A DNA stretch of 64,000 bases from Flavobacteriales bacterium. Lineage in GTDB: Bacteria > Bacteroidota > Bacteroidia > Flavobacteriales_F > PHOS-HE28. The DNA is taken from contig JANOPI010000575.1 in NCBI GenBank assembly GCA_031421755.1, positions 891 through 64,890 on the forward strand, given 5' to 3'. The first letter of the stretch is position 1; each line of letters starts with the position of its first letter. Position numbers and translations under genes: made by a program. Of this stretch, positions 17,245 through 27,419 are shown piece by piece. The notes beneath the pieces are model-generated. The model was not told the origin of the DNA and searched no databases. It saw nothing but the letters and a program-made list of their open reading frames with translations.

Positions 17245-19433
17245 TGCCTACGTTCCAGTCCCGCATCTTCAACCTGTTCGGCCGGTACGATAAACGTACC
17301 GACACCTATAAGAACGGTGCCGGCAAGGGACTGAACGAACGCTTCCAAGAGTCCATCGGGAAGAGCATCGATGATGAACTGATGGGACTGATCGATCAGT
17401 TCCTGGCCAACACCATCGAGCCGCAGACGGTGTTCGATGAACTGCTTCCGTTGGCCGAGAGGATGCTGGGCTATGACGTGAAGAACCAGACCCTTCAGCT
17501 CGGGGAGACGGTCGCGTGGCATCGCCGGATCCTGGCGCACATGATCCGGTACTACCACATCAAGGGTACCAAGCGGTGCTATGAACTGCTGTTCGAGATC
17601 ATGGGCCTGGAGGTGATCATCGAAGAGTTCTGGACCCTGCCCACCTTCGATAGCAGCAACCCGGATCTGACCTTCGATAGCGAGGACCGCCCGCTCCTGG
17701 ACCTGGGCAAATGCACGCCGTGCTCGCGGTACGAGATCACCATAGTGGGCGGGCCGCCCTGGAGCGAGGTACAGGCCGGCGTGGACAGCATCATCGTGTT
17801 CAACGAACCGATCAACGCCTACCGTGGCCTGCTGGCATACAACGGGCAAGAGATCATCGATGATGATCCGCAAGGTGATGCGTGCCCCATCCCGAACTAT
17901 ACCATCACGATCGTGGACACCAACGTAGGTGCTGGCACGTTCGAGGTGCGCGTGCTTCTCAGTGGAACCCAGCCCGGACTGTGGACCTTCGGCGAAGGCA
18001 CCTACACGGTGAACAACGGGGCACCCATCGATATCGTGGGCCTCACTCCTGGCGGATCGGCCATAGACATCGGACCGTTCCCCGCCGGCACGATGATCGA
18101 TATCGCGCTGACCAACACCCAACGGCCGCTGTGCATCACGTACAGCAACAACCACACGTGGTACCCGCCTTGCCCAGTGCTGGATGTGGACGTGATCGTG
18201 GAGCCACCGTTGGTGTACGTCGAAGTAGCGAGCTTCCCTGCCGGCTTCGCCACGGACAGCCTGCGTTACTCGATCGATGGGGCTCCGCAGATCGAGGTAG
18301 CATTCGACGGTTCATCGATCGCTATCGGTCCGTTCCTGGAGGGTGGATCGCTGGAGATATGGATCAACAACTACCTCAACGAAGCGTGCGCGTTCCATGT
18401 CGGTCCGTTCATACTGCCGGCACAGCCGCCGGACATCATGGCATCGTTCGAGCTGTTGCCGGACTGTCTCACACTCACACCCGAGTACAGCATGGAGTGG
18501 ACGCTGTACCCATCTTTCCCCGGAGGCCCTGCGTTCATTCCGGGCATGTGCCGTTACCGTGTGAACAACGGATCCTGGATCAACTACGGCGTTGTGGTAT
18601 GGGGTCAAGTGATAACGATCGGTCCTTTCACCTCGGGCGACGAAGTGGATATCGAGGTGGCCAACACCCAGGTGCCCGCCAACCCGTGGCTGTATCACGA
18701 CTACGTGTATACGTGCCCATGTGAGATCACCGGCCGGTTCCCGACCCCGCCGATAGATGTGGAGTGGTTGGTACGTCCGAGCGACTACGCGGGCATGGTG
18801 GCCGGTACCATACCGATCGGGCAGAAGTTCTTCATGCACGATCATGACAGCATCACACCGGGCACTTCCCTACCGGAGCTGAACGTGGGAAGGCTGTTCA
18901 CGCGCGTGGCCATGGGTCACACCGATGCTGACTTCACCATCACGGATCTGGCCAACAATGAGCTGATCCGTGACCTGAACGCGGTGGGCACGCCGTATGA
19001 GTTCTATCAGGTGCGACAAGACACAGGTGGGACTTCGTTCTATGCCACCGATGGACGCAGTGGCAAGTACGGAGAGATCTACCTGTTCGGTGTGGGGCTG
19101 CTGGATCCTGGTCCTCCTGGCCCCACCACAAGCTGGCCACCAACGTCCGCCTACCTGGAGCAGTCGGTTCCATGGAACGGTTGGGATGATTGCCGGATCA
19201 TGGTGGTACAGTACACTGAGAACCCGGACTACAATGATCCAGGTGCGGTGTGGGTGGATGCTCCGATGCCGCCGGTTCCACCAGCGCAAGGGTTCGACTT
19301 CGATCCAAGCTGGACACCGTACGTAGGAGCGTTCAATGCGGACTTCCCAGTGACAGCCACCGGCCTGCGGGCCGCGTGGTACCGCAGTGCCATCTTGCAG
19401 GGATACAGCCGACCAGGAGCCGCAACAGCATGA
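17244..19433 (+). CDS. baseplate/tail protein I-like with a triple-repeat C-terminal extension
   Basis: The N-terminus (LPLAERMLGYDV..HRRILAHMIRYYHIKGTKRCYELLFEIMGLEV) is P2 gpI-like. The C-terminus has three ~90-aa modules, each ending in I(D/A/T)IGPF..G..(I/L/V)(D/E)I..(T/N/A)N. Confidence 0.65.
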   Translation: MPTFQSRIFNLFGRYDKRTDTYKNGAGKGLNERFQESIGKSIDDELMGLIDQFLANTIEPQTVFDELLPLAERMLGYDVKNQTLQLGETVAWHRRILAHMIRYYHIKGTKRCYELLFEIMGLEVIIEEFWTLPTFDSSNPDLTFDSEDRPLLDLGKCTPCSRYEITIVGGPPWSEVQAGVDSIIVFNEPINAYRGLLAYNGQEIIDDDPQGDACPIPNYTITIVDTNVGAGTFEVRVLLSGTQPGLWTFGEGTYTVNNGAPIDIVGLTPGGSAIDIGPFPAGTMIDIALTNTQRPLCITYSNNHTWYPPCPVLDVDVIVEPPLVYVEVASFPAGFATDSLRYSIDGAPQIEVAFDGSSIAIGPFLEGGSLEIWINNYLNEACAFHVGPFILPAQPPDIMASFELLPDCLTLTPEYSMEWTLYPSFPGGPAFIPGMCRYRVNNGSWINYGVVVWGQVITIGPFTSGDEVDIEVANTQVPANPWLYHDYVYTCPCEITGRFPTPPIDVEWLVRPSDYAGMVAGTIPIGQKFFMHDHDSITPGTSLPELNVGRLFTRVAMGHTDADFTITDLANNELIRDLNAVGTPYEFYQVRQDTGGTSFYATDGRSGKYGEIYLFGVGLLDPGPPGPTTSWPPTSAYLEQSVPWNGWDDCRIMVVQYTENPDYNDPGAVWVDAPMPPVPPAQGFDFDPSWTPYVGAFNADFPVTATGLRAAWYRSAILQGYSRPGAATA

Positions 19434-19984
19434 CCGATCAACCCGAAGCACCGAAGCAGTTCACCTGGAAGGGCATGGTGGAGCTGGTGAACACCTACAA
19501 GGTGCTCGCGGCCGTGCTCACCGCGTTGTCCGTGTTCATCGCATGGAACAACAAGCAGGTGACCGCCGGCACCATGACGGTGAAGGAGTTCGATGAGTGG
19601 AAAAAGACCGTGCCCACCATCGATCAGATGGACAGTGCCCTGGGCGCTAGGTTCGAGGAGCGTGATGCACAGCTACAGCAGCAGGGCCGCGTGTTCGTGC
19701 GCGACTACGTGCAGCCGATGATGGCCACCGATGAACAGGTCACCAGGGATATCTCGGGCCTGACTTCCACCATGCGCGATGTGATCAACGCACAGAACAG
19801 TGTGAGCAAGGACATGCGCGTGACCCTCCTGGAGCGCATGAAGCGCGATAGTATTGTGGAGGAGAACGCGCGCCTGAAAGCGGAGATGCGGGTGACCGCA
19901 ACGGTGGAGGAGATCATGAGGGAGATCAAGAAGGGACAGCCGACGGATCCCCCTAAAAAGCGCCGCAAGGACAAAGTAGAATGA
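19430..19984 (+). CDS. membrane-anchored coiled-coil protein
   Basis: Start at ATG 19430 (ATGA overlap). One TM segment (VLAAVLTALSVFIAW), a charged helical region, and a basic tail (PPKKRRKDKVE). Confidence 0.5.
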   Translation: MTDQPEAPKQFTWKGMVELVNTYKVLAAVLTALSVFIAWNNKQVTAGTMTVKEFDEWKKTVPTIDQMDSALGARFEERDAQLQQQGRVFVRDYVQPMMATDEQVTRDISGLTSTMRDVINAQNSVSKDMRVTLLERMKRDSIVEENARLKAEMRVTATVEEIMREIKKGQPTDPPKKRRKDKVE

Positions 19985-20448
19985 GAACCCTAGCCCTATT
20001 CTGCCTGTTGTCCGTGGTGGCATGCCGTACCAACCAGCAGGTGATCACACCCGACTGGGAGTGGACGGAAACCAAGTGGGAACGATGCAACTACGGGGAA
20101 GAGCGCCTGTTCCTCACGGGCAAGTTCCTGGATGCCGATACGGTGTACATCCAGGTATATCACGATGGGGAGAACGCCGTGGATCCGATCGTGGCTTACG
20201 GCACATTCCACATGGAGCTGGGGGAGTTCGCCCAGTACGAGATAGTGTTCACGGATACGTACAACAGGGAGAAGCGTATAAGCATACACGAACTGGGGGA
20301 TCGTTTGATCGAGTGGTACCCGCCGATGGAAATTGACTTCGACCGGCTGGGCAACTACATCCTGATCAAGCCGGACGCCAAGTTGCCACAGTATGCCGAG
20401 ATACATGTGGGGATGAGCAGAAAAGCTGGAACAACACTGCTGCACTGA
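19981..20448 (+). CDS. putative lipoprotein
   Basis: MRTLALFCLLSVVAC|RTNQQ gives a signal peptide plus lipobox Cys. ATGA overlap with the upstream gene. Confidence 0.55.
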   Translation: MRTLALFCLLSVVACRTNQQVITPDWEWTETKWERCNYGEERLFLTGKFLDADTVYIQVYHDGENAVDPIVAYGTFHMELGEFAQYEIVFTDTYNREKRISIHELGDRLIEWYPPMEIDFDRLGNYILIKPDAKLPQYAEIHVGMSRKAGTTLLH

Positions 20449-20474
20449 TCTAACCAAACCAAGACCGTGAAGCC

Positions 20475-21251
20475 GTGGGAGCCATTGATATCGCGTTTCA
20501 AGAACTGCTGATCTTCAAGGAAGCATTCCATGCGGCCAAGCAACGCTTCCTCGGGATCATGCCTGCGACCGCTGCCATGGAGGTAGCGTTCAAGGGCAAT
20601 TTCGTGTACTTCAAACCTCGCGACGGTATGGGAGGCGACTTCTACACCTTGCACCACAACGGTGAGACTATCCTTGTGGTGGCTGACTGTTCTGGCCACA
20701 GCGTGGAGGGCGCGCTGATGGCGATGATCACGAGCGGTGAGGTCGATAGCATTGTGAAGAGCCGGGGGATCACGGAGCCCCGAGACATCATCCGCTACCT
20801 CCACAAGAGCATGGTGCAACGGTGGGGTGAGCGCAAGCTGGGTGTGAGCATGGAGGTGTCCATCATCAACATCTCCAGCAACCATCGGCAAATGCGGTTC
20901 TGTGGGGCCATGCGGCCGCTGTACGTGGTACGCGATGGCAAGCTGATCCAGTATGAGAAGAGCAATATGAGCGTAGGCGATGAACGCTACAACGCCCAGG
21001 TGCGCGAGCTGGTCCAGCACGATATCGACCTGGAGTCCGGTGATCTGATCTACATGTTCACCGATGGCTACGAGACGCAGACCGGTGTGGGAGAAAAGCC
21101 ACTTGGCACCAAACGCTTCCGCGAGCTGATCGAGCAGGCCAGCATACTACCGATAGATGAACAGCGCCAGTTCCTGGATGACAAGCTGGAGGAGTGGCGC
21201 GGCAGACAACCTCAGCTTGACGACATTTGCCTGATCGCAGTAACCGTTTAG
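20475..21251 (+). CDS. PP2C-family (SpoIIE/RsbU-type) serine/threonine phosphatase domain protein
   Basis: GTG start. GGDFYTL..ILVVADCSGHSVEGALMAM..MFTDGYETQ..G..RF..QLDDICLIAVTV matches the SpoIIE-domain motif order. Confidence 0.7.
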   Translation: MGAIDIAFQELLIFKEAFHAAKQRFLGIMPATAAMEVAFKGNFVYFKPRDGMGGDFYTLHHNGETILVVADCSGHSVEGALMAMITSGEVDSIVKSRGITEPRDIIRYLHKSMVQRWGERKLGVSMEVSIINISSNHRQMRFCGAMRPLYVVRDGKLIQYEKSNMSVGDERYNAQVRELVQHDIDLESGDLIYMFTDGYETQTGVGEKPLGTKRFRELIEQASILPIDEQRQFLDDKLEEWRGRQPQLDDICLIAVTV

Positions 21252-21255
21252 AACC

Positions 21256-23055
21256 ATGGCACAAAGACGCTTTTTCCAGTGGCTGGATGATGACTTGACA
21301 CGGCTCATGAACCAGCGAGACGTGGGGCTGATCGAGCCCAGCGTGTACCGTGGCTTCGATGCTCCGGCGCTTCCCCCAGGCATGAACCTGATCCTGAGCC
21401 ACACTCCGGACTGGTACGGTCCGAACGGGGCCACTGAGAGCACGTACGATGAAACTCCTGGCGGGGAAACCAGCATCGGGGTACTGATGACGCGGCAAGG
21501 CGTGGTGGTCAAGGAGACGAACGCTATCAGCTTGCCCATCGCTCCGGGTGATGCGACCTATCCCCGGATCGATCGCATCGTGTGCCGGAGCAAGTACCTG
21601 TACGCCCCCGGCGGTGAGCCAGCGACATACGTTGTGTATACAGGGATCCCCTCGGTGAGCCCCACGGCACCGGTGTTGAGCTTCCCCTACCAGGAGATTC
21701 TCCTGGGTGAGCTGCGCGTGCCGGCGGGATGCACTTCGCTACAAGACGACGGGGTGGTATGGACGCGGAGCTATCCGGCACCGCTTGCCAACCAGCTCTT
21801 CACCATGTACATGAACAAGGTCCAGACCAGTGTGGACCTGAAGATGTTCGAGGAGATCGCGTTCCAGCGCAGCAGTGCCACCACACCGGACGCCACCACG
21901 ATCGACATCGATACGTTCGATCCTGTGACCCAGCTATGGGACGAAGCGAACGGTACAGAGATCATCGTGAACATCGGGGCGGAGGCCGCTTACACCTTCA
22001 ACCTGATCAACGCGAAGCTGCCACAGAGCCGGTTCTTCATACTGAAGTTCACCGGCATCGGCAGCAAGGTGGTCCAGTTCCACTATGACAACTTCCAGAA
22101 CGCGGAGCCGATGCACGATCCGCCCTGGAACAGTGGCGCTGTATCGCGCAAGCACCTGCGGGTGTACGATGGTGACACCCTGGCCATCATCGGCAACTCC
22201 AGCAACGGCACGGCGTGGAAAGTCTTGTGGCACCATTGCACCAAGACCCCGCGTGTCGATCGCCGCCTGACCATGGAGAACAGCGTCCTATGGGGGCGCG
22301 GAGGTGTGATGATCGACTCCGGCGGAGAGATCTATTTCGACTGGAAGGCGAACGTGATCGAGATACCTTGTACCGGTGCCCTGGACCTGTTCAGCTTGAA
22401 GCCTTCGGACGGGGTGGTACAGGAGAATATCCTACCGTTCGGTTATGAGATCCACGTGATACCGCGCTACACCGGGGCACAGATCCATGTGGACGTGTTC
22501 AAGCTGATCGCCGGCGGGAACATCATCATGCTGAACGACCTGCCCTTGCCGCTCCCATGGAACAGGCCCTTTACCCTGGTATCGGTACCATCACCGAACG
22601 GGGCGGCCGCTGCCAAGTGGATGCTGAAGGAGCACATGAGCGGCATGCGCCATGACATCACCACGAGCTACATGGCTGACGCGGGCAACGTGGAGACTTC
22701 AAGCGTGGGCTCTGTGACCTGGGATCCGGCCGTGGCCAACCCCCTGGTGTGCTACTGGATGGAAGGCGTACGGTGCCACATGTCCCTGAAGGTGGGGGTG
22801 GTGATCACCGGCGTGGTGAGCGATATCCGCTTCCAGCTCCCGCCCGGACTGACCGCGCGCAACGTGGGCAGCTCCGCCAAGTACGAGGTGTCCGGTTATG
22901 GTGAGCTACAGACCGGGGAGTTCCTGATCGTGGGCTCGGGCAACACCGGTGCCGGCAACTTCGGATGGGTGACCATGCCGGTGTTCGCCGTGTTCCCCCC
23001 AGGCACCTACACCGTGCGCGTGCGCATGGACATCGAAGTGTTCCCGTCCTTCTAA
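21256..23055 (+). CDS. putative tail fiber / receptor-binding structural protein
   Basis: 599 aa, the last gene of the late operon, followed by a strong terminator. The function is inferred from position only. Confidence 0.4.
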   Translation: MAQRRFFQWLDDDLTRLMNQRDVGLIEPSVYRGFDAPALPPGMNLILSHTPDWYGPNGATESTYDETPGGETSIGVLMTRQGVVVKETNAISLPIAPGDATYPRIDRIVCRSKYLYAPGGEPATYVVYTGIPSVSPTAPVLSFPYQEILLGELRVPAGCTSLQDDGVVWTRSYPAPLANQLFTMYMNKVQTSVDLKMFEEIAFQRSSATTPDATTIDIDTFDPVTQLWDEANGTEIIVNIGAEAAYTFNLINAKLPQSRFFILKFTGIGSKVVQFHYDNFQNAEPMHDPPWNSGAVSRKHLRVYDGDTLAIIGNSSNGTAWKVLWHHCTKTPRVDRRLTMENSVLWGRGGVMIDSGGEIYFDWKANVIEIPCTGALDLFSLKPSDGVVQENILPFGYEIHVIPRYTGAQIHVDVFKLIAGGNIIMLNDLPLPLPWNRPFTLVSVPSPNGAAAAKWMLKEHMSGMRHDITTSYMADAGNVETSSVGSVTWDPAVANPLVCYWMEGVRCHMSLKVGVVITGVVSDIRFQLPPGLTARNVGSSAKYEVSGYGELQTGEFLIVGSGNTGAGNFGWVTMPVFAVFPPGTYTVRVRMDIEVFPSF

Positions 23056-23079
23056 GGTCGCTGCGGAGCAACCAGCGAT

Positions 23080-23109
23080 GAACGCCTCGGGGGAAACCTC
23101 GGGGCGTTC
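23080..23109 (+). terminator. strong terminator hairpin at the end of the structural module
   Basis: gaacgcctcgggg-gaaa-cctcggggcgttc: a 13-bp stem (two G-U pairs) with a GAAA tetraloop. Confidence 0.65.
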
Positions 23110-23154
23110 GCCTTTCCATCAACAGCACTTTGTTGAAAGTTGCCCGGACAAATT

Positions 23155-23197
23155 TTTACAATTTGTCAAATTTGCTCTACCATTGCACCGCCCAGAC
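23155..23197 (+). promoter_or_regulatory. class-B promoter-like element (B1)
   Basis: TTTA-N19-TACCATTG(23178-23185)-caccgcccagac, with the ATG 11 nt downstream. Preceded by the palindrome ACAAATT-tttac-AATTTGT. Confidence 0.4.
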
Positions 23198-23208
23198 AAT
23201 GAGAGCCG

Positions 23209-23493
23209 ATGCCATCACATACCTCGAACGGGGATAACCATCCCCCCAACAGGCCACGGCTGTACGTGGTCTATGCCATCATCCCCGATACCCTGGAAGG
23301 CGCACAAGCCGGTGAGTGGGCGGTGGCCTACAGCGAGAGCACCCAACAGCGCGGCCCCACTACGCACGCCGTTTCACGGGGACCGGCCGTGTACGGCATG
23401 GACCTGAACCGAGCCCTGGAGTGCGTGGAGTACGCAACGCGGCACTGGCGCGCTACGTCCGTGATCATCGAGAAAGCAACCCCGAACGCATGA
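23209..23493 (+). CDS. hypothetical protein
   Basis: 94-aa ORF. Its ATG sits at the conserved distance from the class-B element. Confidence 0.5.
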   Translation: MPSHTSNGDNHPPNRPRLYVVYAIIPDTLEGAQAGEWAVAYSESTQQRGPTTHAVSRGPAVYGMDLNRALECVEYATRHWRATSVIIEKATPNA

Positions 23494-23729
23494 ACAAGAA
23501 AGAAGCGCGCACCGTGGGAGAGTTCCCCAGTGCCTTGGATGCCGCCGTGATCGCACGGTTCGGCAAAGTCACCCAGTGCAAGACCACGTTCCGACTGTTC
23601 GGAGACATGAACCACGTGACGACCTTCAAGGCCACTGGTCCCAAGCGCAAGGAGATCAAGCAGTTCATCGCCGGATGGATGGCGGGGAACCTGGAGCTGC
23701 GCGAACGTTTGCAACGCGCCAACGACTGA
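23490..23729 (+). CDS. hypothetical protein
   Basis: Internal ATG 23490 (MNKKEARTV..), with an ATGA overlap upstream and a TGATG overlap downstream. Confidence 0.5.
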   Translation: MNKKEARTVGEFPSALDAAVIARFGKVTQCKTTFRLFGDMNHVTTFKATGPKRKEIKQFIAGWMAGNLELRERLQRAND

Positions 23730-25417
23730 TGTTCGATCCCGAGCTGTACCCCACGCCGCCCGAGGTAATCAAGCGCATGCTGAAGCCATGGCAGCGCAGC
23801 GAGTTCTTTCCTGACCTGGACCTGGGGGATATTACCATCCTGGAGCCCAGCGCCGGCAGCGGGTCCATCTTGGACTACATCAAGGAGAACCATAGCTGGG
23901 CGCGCAACCGTGGCCCCAACGAACGCGGCCCGAAGCTGCACGCCATCGAGCACAACCCGGAACTGCGGGCAATGCTCACCGGCAAGGGGTACTCGGTCGT
24001 GCATGATGACTTCCTGGACTACCAGACCGATATCATCTACGATCTGATCATCATGAACCCACCTTTCAGCAACGGTGAACGGCACCTGTTGAAAGCGTGG
24101 GACATCCTGAAGACCGGCACCGTGGTGTGCTTGCTCAACGCGGAGACACTGAAGAACCCGCACACCATTTTCCGCAAGCACCTGTTGAAGCTGATCGGTG
24201 AACACGGCAAGGTGAACCTGATCGGGAAAGCGTTCGCCAAGGCCATGCGCAGCACCCAGGTTGACGTGGTGATGGTCACGCTCCACAAGAAGGAAGCTGC
24301 CCACGTGTTCGACTGGTGGAAGGATGATGCGTTCGCGGGGGAACCGGTCAAGGAGTTCCAGTTCGGCCCGGAGACGGTCAGCAACCAAGTGGCTTTGTAC
24401 GACTTCCTGGACGGGCTCGTTGGCCACTACGAACAGGCCAAGGGTGCGTTCGAGCGGTACCTGAAGGCACACTATGAGCTGGGCCACGTGCTCGCGGGGT
24501 TGGTGCCCGCCGGACAGAACATCGTGGGACAGGCCAAGGAAGCGAGCGGAGGACCAGCAGGCCAGAACGCGGTGTACCGTTCACTGCTACAGAAGGCGGC
24601 ATGGTCCCAGGTGATGAGCAAGACCAAGCTGAACAACTTCGCCACCGAAGGCGTGCGGCGCAACCTGGACGCGCTCACCGAGCAACAGGGCGGGATGGCC
24701 TTCACCAAGCCGAACATCCAGGCGTTGCTTGAAATGCTGTTCACCAACCGGCACGAGATCCTGCACCAGTCGGTTGTGGAGGTGTTCGACCTGATGACCA
24801 AGTACCACGACAAGAACCGGTGCCACTGGGAAGGATGGAAGAGCAACGATGCCTTCCAGGTCAACCGCAAGGTGATCATCCCGGACTACGGTGTACAATG
24901 GGAGCCGAAGTACGGCGGGGAGTTCAGCCTTGACTACCGTTTGGAGAACCGGCTGGATGATATCGATCGCGCCATTGCTTCGCTGGAGAACCGCCGACTG
25001 GATAGCCCCACACGGTTAACGCACCTGAAGCCTGAACCGCGTTGGAACGGTGACACCGGCAACAAGGAACCGGTGAAGCTGGTGACCATCGGCACGGCAC
25101 TGAAGCGCAAGTTCCGTGCGCTCGGAAAGGTCGGACACCTGAAGATGCAAGGCGGAGTGGACAACACGGCGGAGTCCGAGTATTTCTACCTCAAATTCTG
25201 GAAGAAAGGCACGGTGCATCTCGTGTTCAAGGATGAAGCCCTTTGGCAGTTGTTCAATCGCACGGCCGCCAAGGGCAAGAAGTGGCTCCCCATGGACCAC
25301 GAGCGTGAACCCGAACCTACGCAGACGAAAACGGATCGGGACTATGTAAAGGAGCTGGCCACAATCGCAGCGCTCAACCGCGCCCTGGCCTTGCAACCTG
25401 TTGAAGACGACTACTGA
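23729..25417 (+). CDS. N6-adenine-type DNA methyltransferase with a large C-terminal domain
   Basis: Start at MFDPELYPTP. Motif I is ILEPSAGSGSIL and motif IV is IIMNPPFS. The C-terminal half has no catalytic motif I can name. Confidence 0.75.
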   Translation: MFDPELYPTPPEVIKRMLKPWQRSEFFPDLDLGDITILEPSAGSGSILDYIKENHSWARNRGPNERGPKLHAIEHNPELRAMLTGKGYSVVHDDFLDYQTDIIYDLIIMNPPFSNGERHLLKAWDILKTGTVVCLLNAETLKNPHTIFRKHLLKLIGEHGKVNLIGKAFAKAMRSTQVDVVMVTLHKKEAAHVFDWWKDDAFAGEPVKEFQFGPETVSNQVALYDFLDGLVGHYEQAKGAFERYLKAHYELGHVLAGLVPAGQNIVGQAKEASGGPAGQNAVYRSLLQKAAWSQVMSKTKLNNFATEGVRRNLDALTEQQGGMAFTKPNIQALLEMLFTNRHEILHQSVVEVFDLMTKYHDKNRCHWEGWKSNDAFQVNRKVIIPDYGVQWEPKYGGEFSLDYRLENRLDDIDRAIASLENRRLDSPTRLTHLKPEPRWNGDTGNKEPVKLVTIGTALKRKFRALGKVGHLKMQGGVDNTAESEYFYLKFWKKGTVHLVFKDEALWQLFNRTAAKGKKWLPMDHEREPEPTQTKTDRDYVKELATIAALNRALALQPVEDDY

Positions 25418-25420
25418 GCC

Positions 25421-25765
25421 ATGAACAACGAGATCAAAATAGAACTGCGGAAGGCAGTGCTGGAGAACACTTTCCGCTGCACCAAGGAAACGTATGCCAA
25501 GCTGCACGTGGGCCAAGTCGTGCAGGCCATCACGGACCTGAAGTTTAAGAACCCGAACCCCCATGGACGAAAGCCCTACATAGAGGCCGTTCACGGTGGG
25601 GAGAAGATGGTGATCATGATGTTCGTACGCAACCCGAACGATGAGGCCAGCACGCGGTACATGATCTACGCCAAGTCACTTGAGACGGGCAAGGAAATAC
25701 ACTGCCATGTAACCGACGTGCTACCGTGTGCCTTCGCTGAAACCTTCACCCTCTTCCGGAACTGA
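25421..25765 (+). CDS. hypothetical protein
   Basis: 114-aa ORF with coding-like composition and tight spacing. Confidence 0.55.
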   Translation: MNNEIKIELRKAVLENTFRCTKETYAKLHVGQVVQAITDLKFKNPNPHGRKPYIEAVHGGEKMVIMMFVRNPNDEASTRYMIYAKSLETGKEIHCHVTDVLPCAFAETFTLFRN

Positions 25766-26301
25766 TGGGCATCCGTGTGACCGAGTTCCATTTCGATGGG
25801 CTCTACTTTTTGATCGCCGATAACGGTACCGTGATCGGTGTATTCTGCGACACGGGCTACTACGGGGCGAAGGTGAAGCCGGAACACCGCAACGACTGGC
25901 GCTCACAAGATGCCGGCCCAGCGAGGTGGGCCTATGTGGGCAAGAAGAGTCTCGCGGGCTGGGCCGGCAAGATGGACACGCTCTTTCTGGATGAAGAGTC
26001 CACCATGATATGGAAGCTGCTGCGCGGTGAGGGGTTCAAGGATCTGCCCACACCTACATCCCAGGATGAGATGGTGGAAGTGCTGGCCGAGTTACAGCAG
26101 CGGTTCAATGGCATGGGCATCGCGCTGTTCGTGTTCGACACGGCGCTATCGATCGGTGGGAAGTTCAACTACATCTCGAACGTCGAACGCGCCGACTTCA
26201 TCAACACCACGCGCGTGATGCTGGATGATCTTGAAACCCGTGTTCCACGTGGAACACACAACACAAACGCTGATGCACAAGAAGACAAAGGAGGGGTATG
26301 A
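25765..26301 (+). CDS. hypothetical protein
   Basis: 178-aa ORF with a TGATG-type junction. Confidence 0.55.
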   Translation: MGIRVTEFHFDGLYFLIADNGTVIGVFCDTGYYGAKVKPEHRNDWRSQDAGPARWAYVGKKSLAGWAGKMDTLFLDEESTMIWKLLRGEGFKDLPTPTSQDEMVEVLAELQQRFNGMGIALFVFDTALSIGGKFNYISNVERADFINTTRVMLDDLETRVPRGTHNTNADAQEDKGGV

Positions 26302-26731
26302 TATCGCTGCGGAGCACATGCCGCACGGTATCGATGGTCAGCCAGCCGGCTGGTACTACCTGCTGACCAATGAGGAAGGTGATGACATGTCCTCGTGGGA
26401 AGGCCCGTACGATGATCAGGCCACATGCGAGTGGGCGGCCATGTTCCCGATCCAGGACAAGATTAAGGACCGCACCGGAGAGCACGCAGCGATCAAGCGG
26501 TTCCTGTCCTTCCTCTGGGACCAGGGCTACACACCGAAGAACGCCTTCGACAAGCCACTTGAAGATGATGAGCTGATCGCCGGCTTCTTCAATATCGACA
26601 TGGCGGCCTACCAGGAGGAACAGGTGCGCATGCTACAGCACATGCGCGACACCGCCGGCGCTCCTCTACCACCACACCGGGAGCTTACTGTGGTACGCCC
26701 CGCTGATGCTTCACTCGACAAACTCAACTAA
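26273..26731 (+). CDS. hypothetical protein (start uncertain)
   Basis: In-frame ATGs at 26273 (29-nt overlap with the upstream gene) and 26318 (16-nt gap). The track start 26225 is unlikely. Confidence 0.45.
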   Translation: MHKKTKEGYDIAAEHMPHGIDGQPAGWYYLLTNEEGDDMSSWEGPYDDQATCEWAAMFPIQDKIKDRTGEHAAIKRFLSFLWDQGYTPKNAFDKPLEDDELIAGFFNIDMAAYQEEQVRMLQHMRDTAGAPLPPHRELTVVRPADASLDKLN

Positions 26732-26743
26732 ACCACCAACACC

Positions 26744-27115
26744 ATGCACAAGCTGAACAAGTACGAAGTGCCGCCGATCTTCGGCATGATCTCACAGGAC
26801 GGCAAGACGTTCTCGTGGCAGGGGAAGAACCCGAACACCCAGGTGTCCTGCACCAAGAGCGCACCCGAGCCGGGGATCTTCACGGAATGCTCACCAACGA
26901 TGCCGGTGATGGACATGCGCGAGATGAGCGATCACGATGCGTTGTTCAACCTGATGATGAACCACACCGTGGAGGAAGTCCTACCGCGTCAACAGTGGAC
27001 CAAGAACACGGTGTGCCTGGAGGAGTTCCTGGCCACACCGCGCCGGCGCGGTGTGGCCATCACCACCGTGCAACAGGTCCAGGAGCAAATGACCGCGGAT
27101 CTTCACACGCACTGA
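26744..27115 (+). CDS. hypothetical protein
   Basis: 123-aa ORF. Confidence 0.55.
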   Translation: MHKLNKYEVPPIFGMISQDGKTFSWQGKNPNTQVSCTKSAPEPGIFTECSPTMPVMDMREMSDHDALFNLMMNHTVEEVLPRQQWTKNTVCLEEFLATPRRRGVAITTVQQVQEQMTADLHTH

Positions 27116-27116
27116 C

Positions 27117-27419
27117 ATGGCGGACCACAAGGAGATCCTGGATGCCGTTGTGAAACGGCTGATGGACGAAGGCAAGTTGATCGATGCGGGGTTCGAGGCC
27201 CTGATGATCAACGCCTACAGCGGGAAGGTGATCGATGAACGAACGCGCAACGCCATGCGGGATGTGTTCTTCGCCGGCGCGCAGCACCTGCACGGTTCCA
27301 TCTTCCAAGTGCTGGAGGAGGGCATCGAGCCCACCGAGAACGATATGCGCCGCATGACCAACGTGGCCAATGAACTGAGCGCCTTCATTGACGACTATAA
27401 GAAGCGCCACGGACTGTGA
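27117..27419 (+). CDS. hypothetical protein
   Basis: 100-aa ORF, 1 nt after the upstream stop. Confidence 0.55.
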   Translation: MADHKEILDAVVKRLMDEGKLIDAGFEALMINAYSGKVIDERTRNAMRDVFFAGAQHLHGSIFQVLEEGIEPTENDMRRMTNVANELSAFIDDYKKRHGL

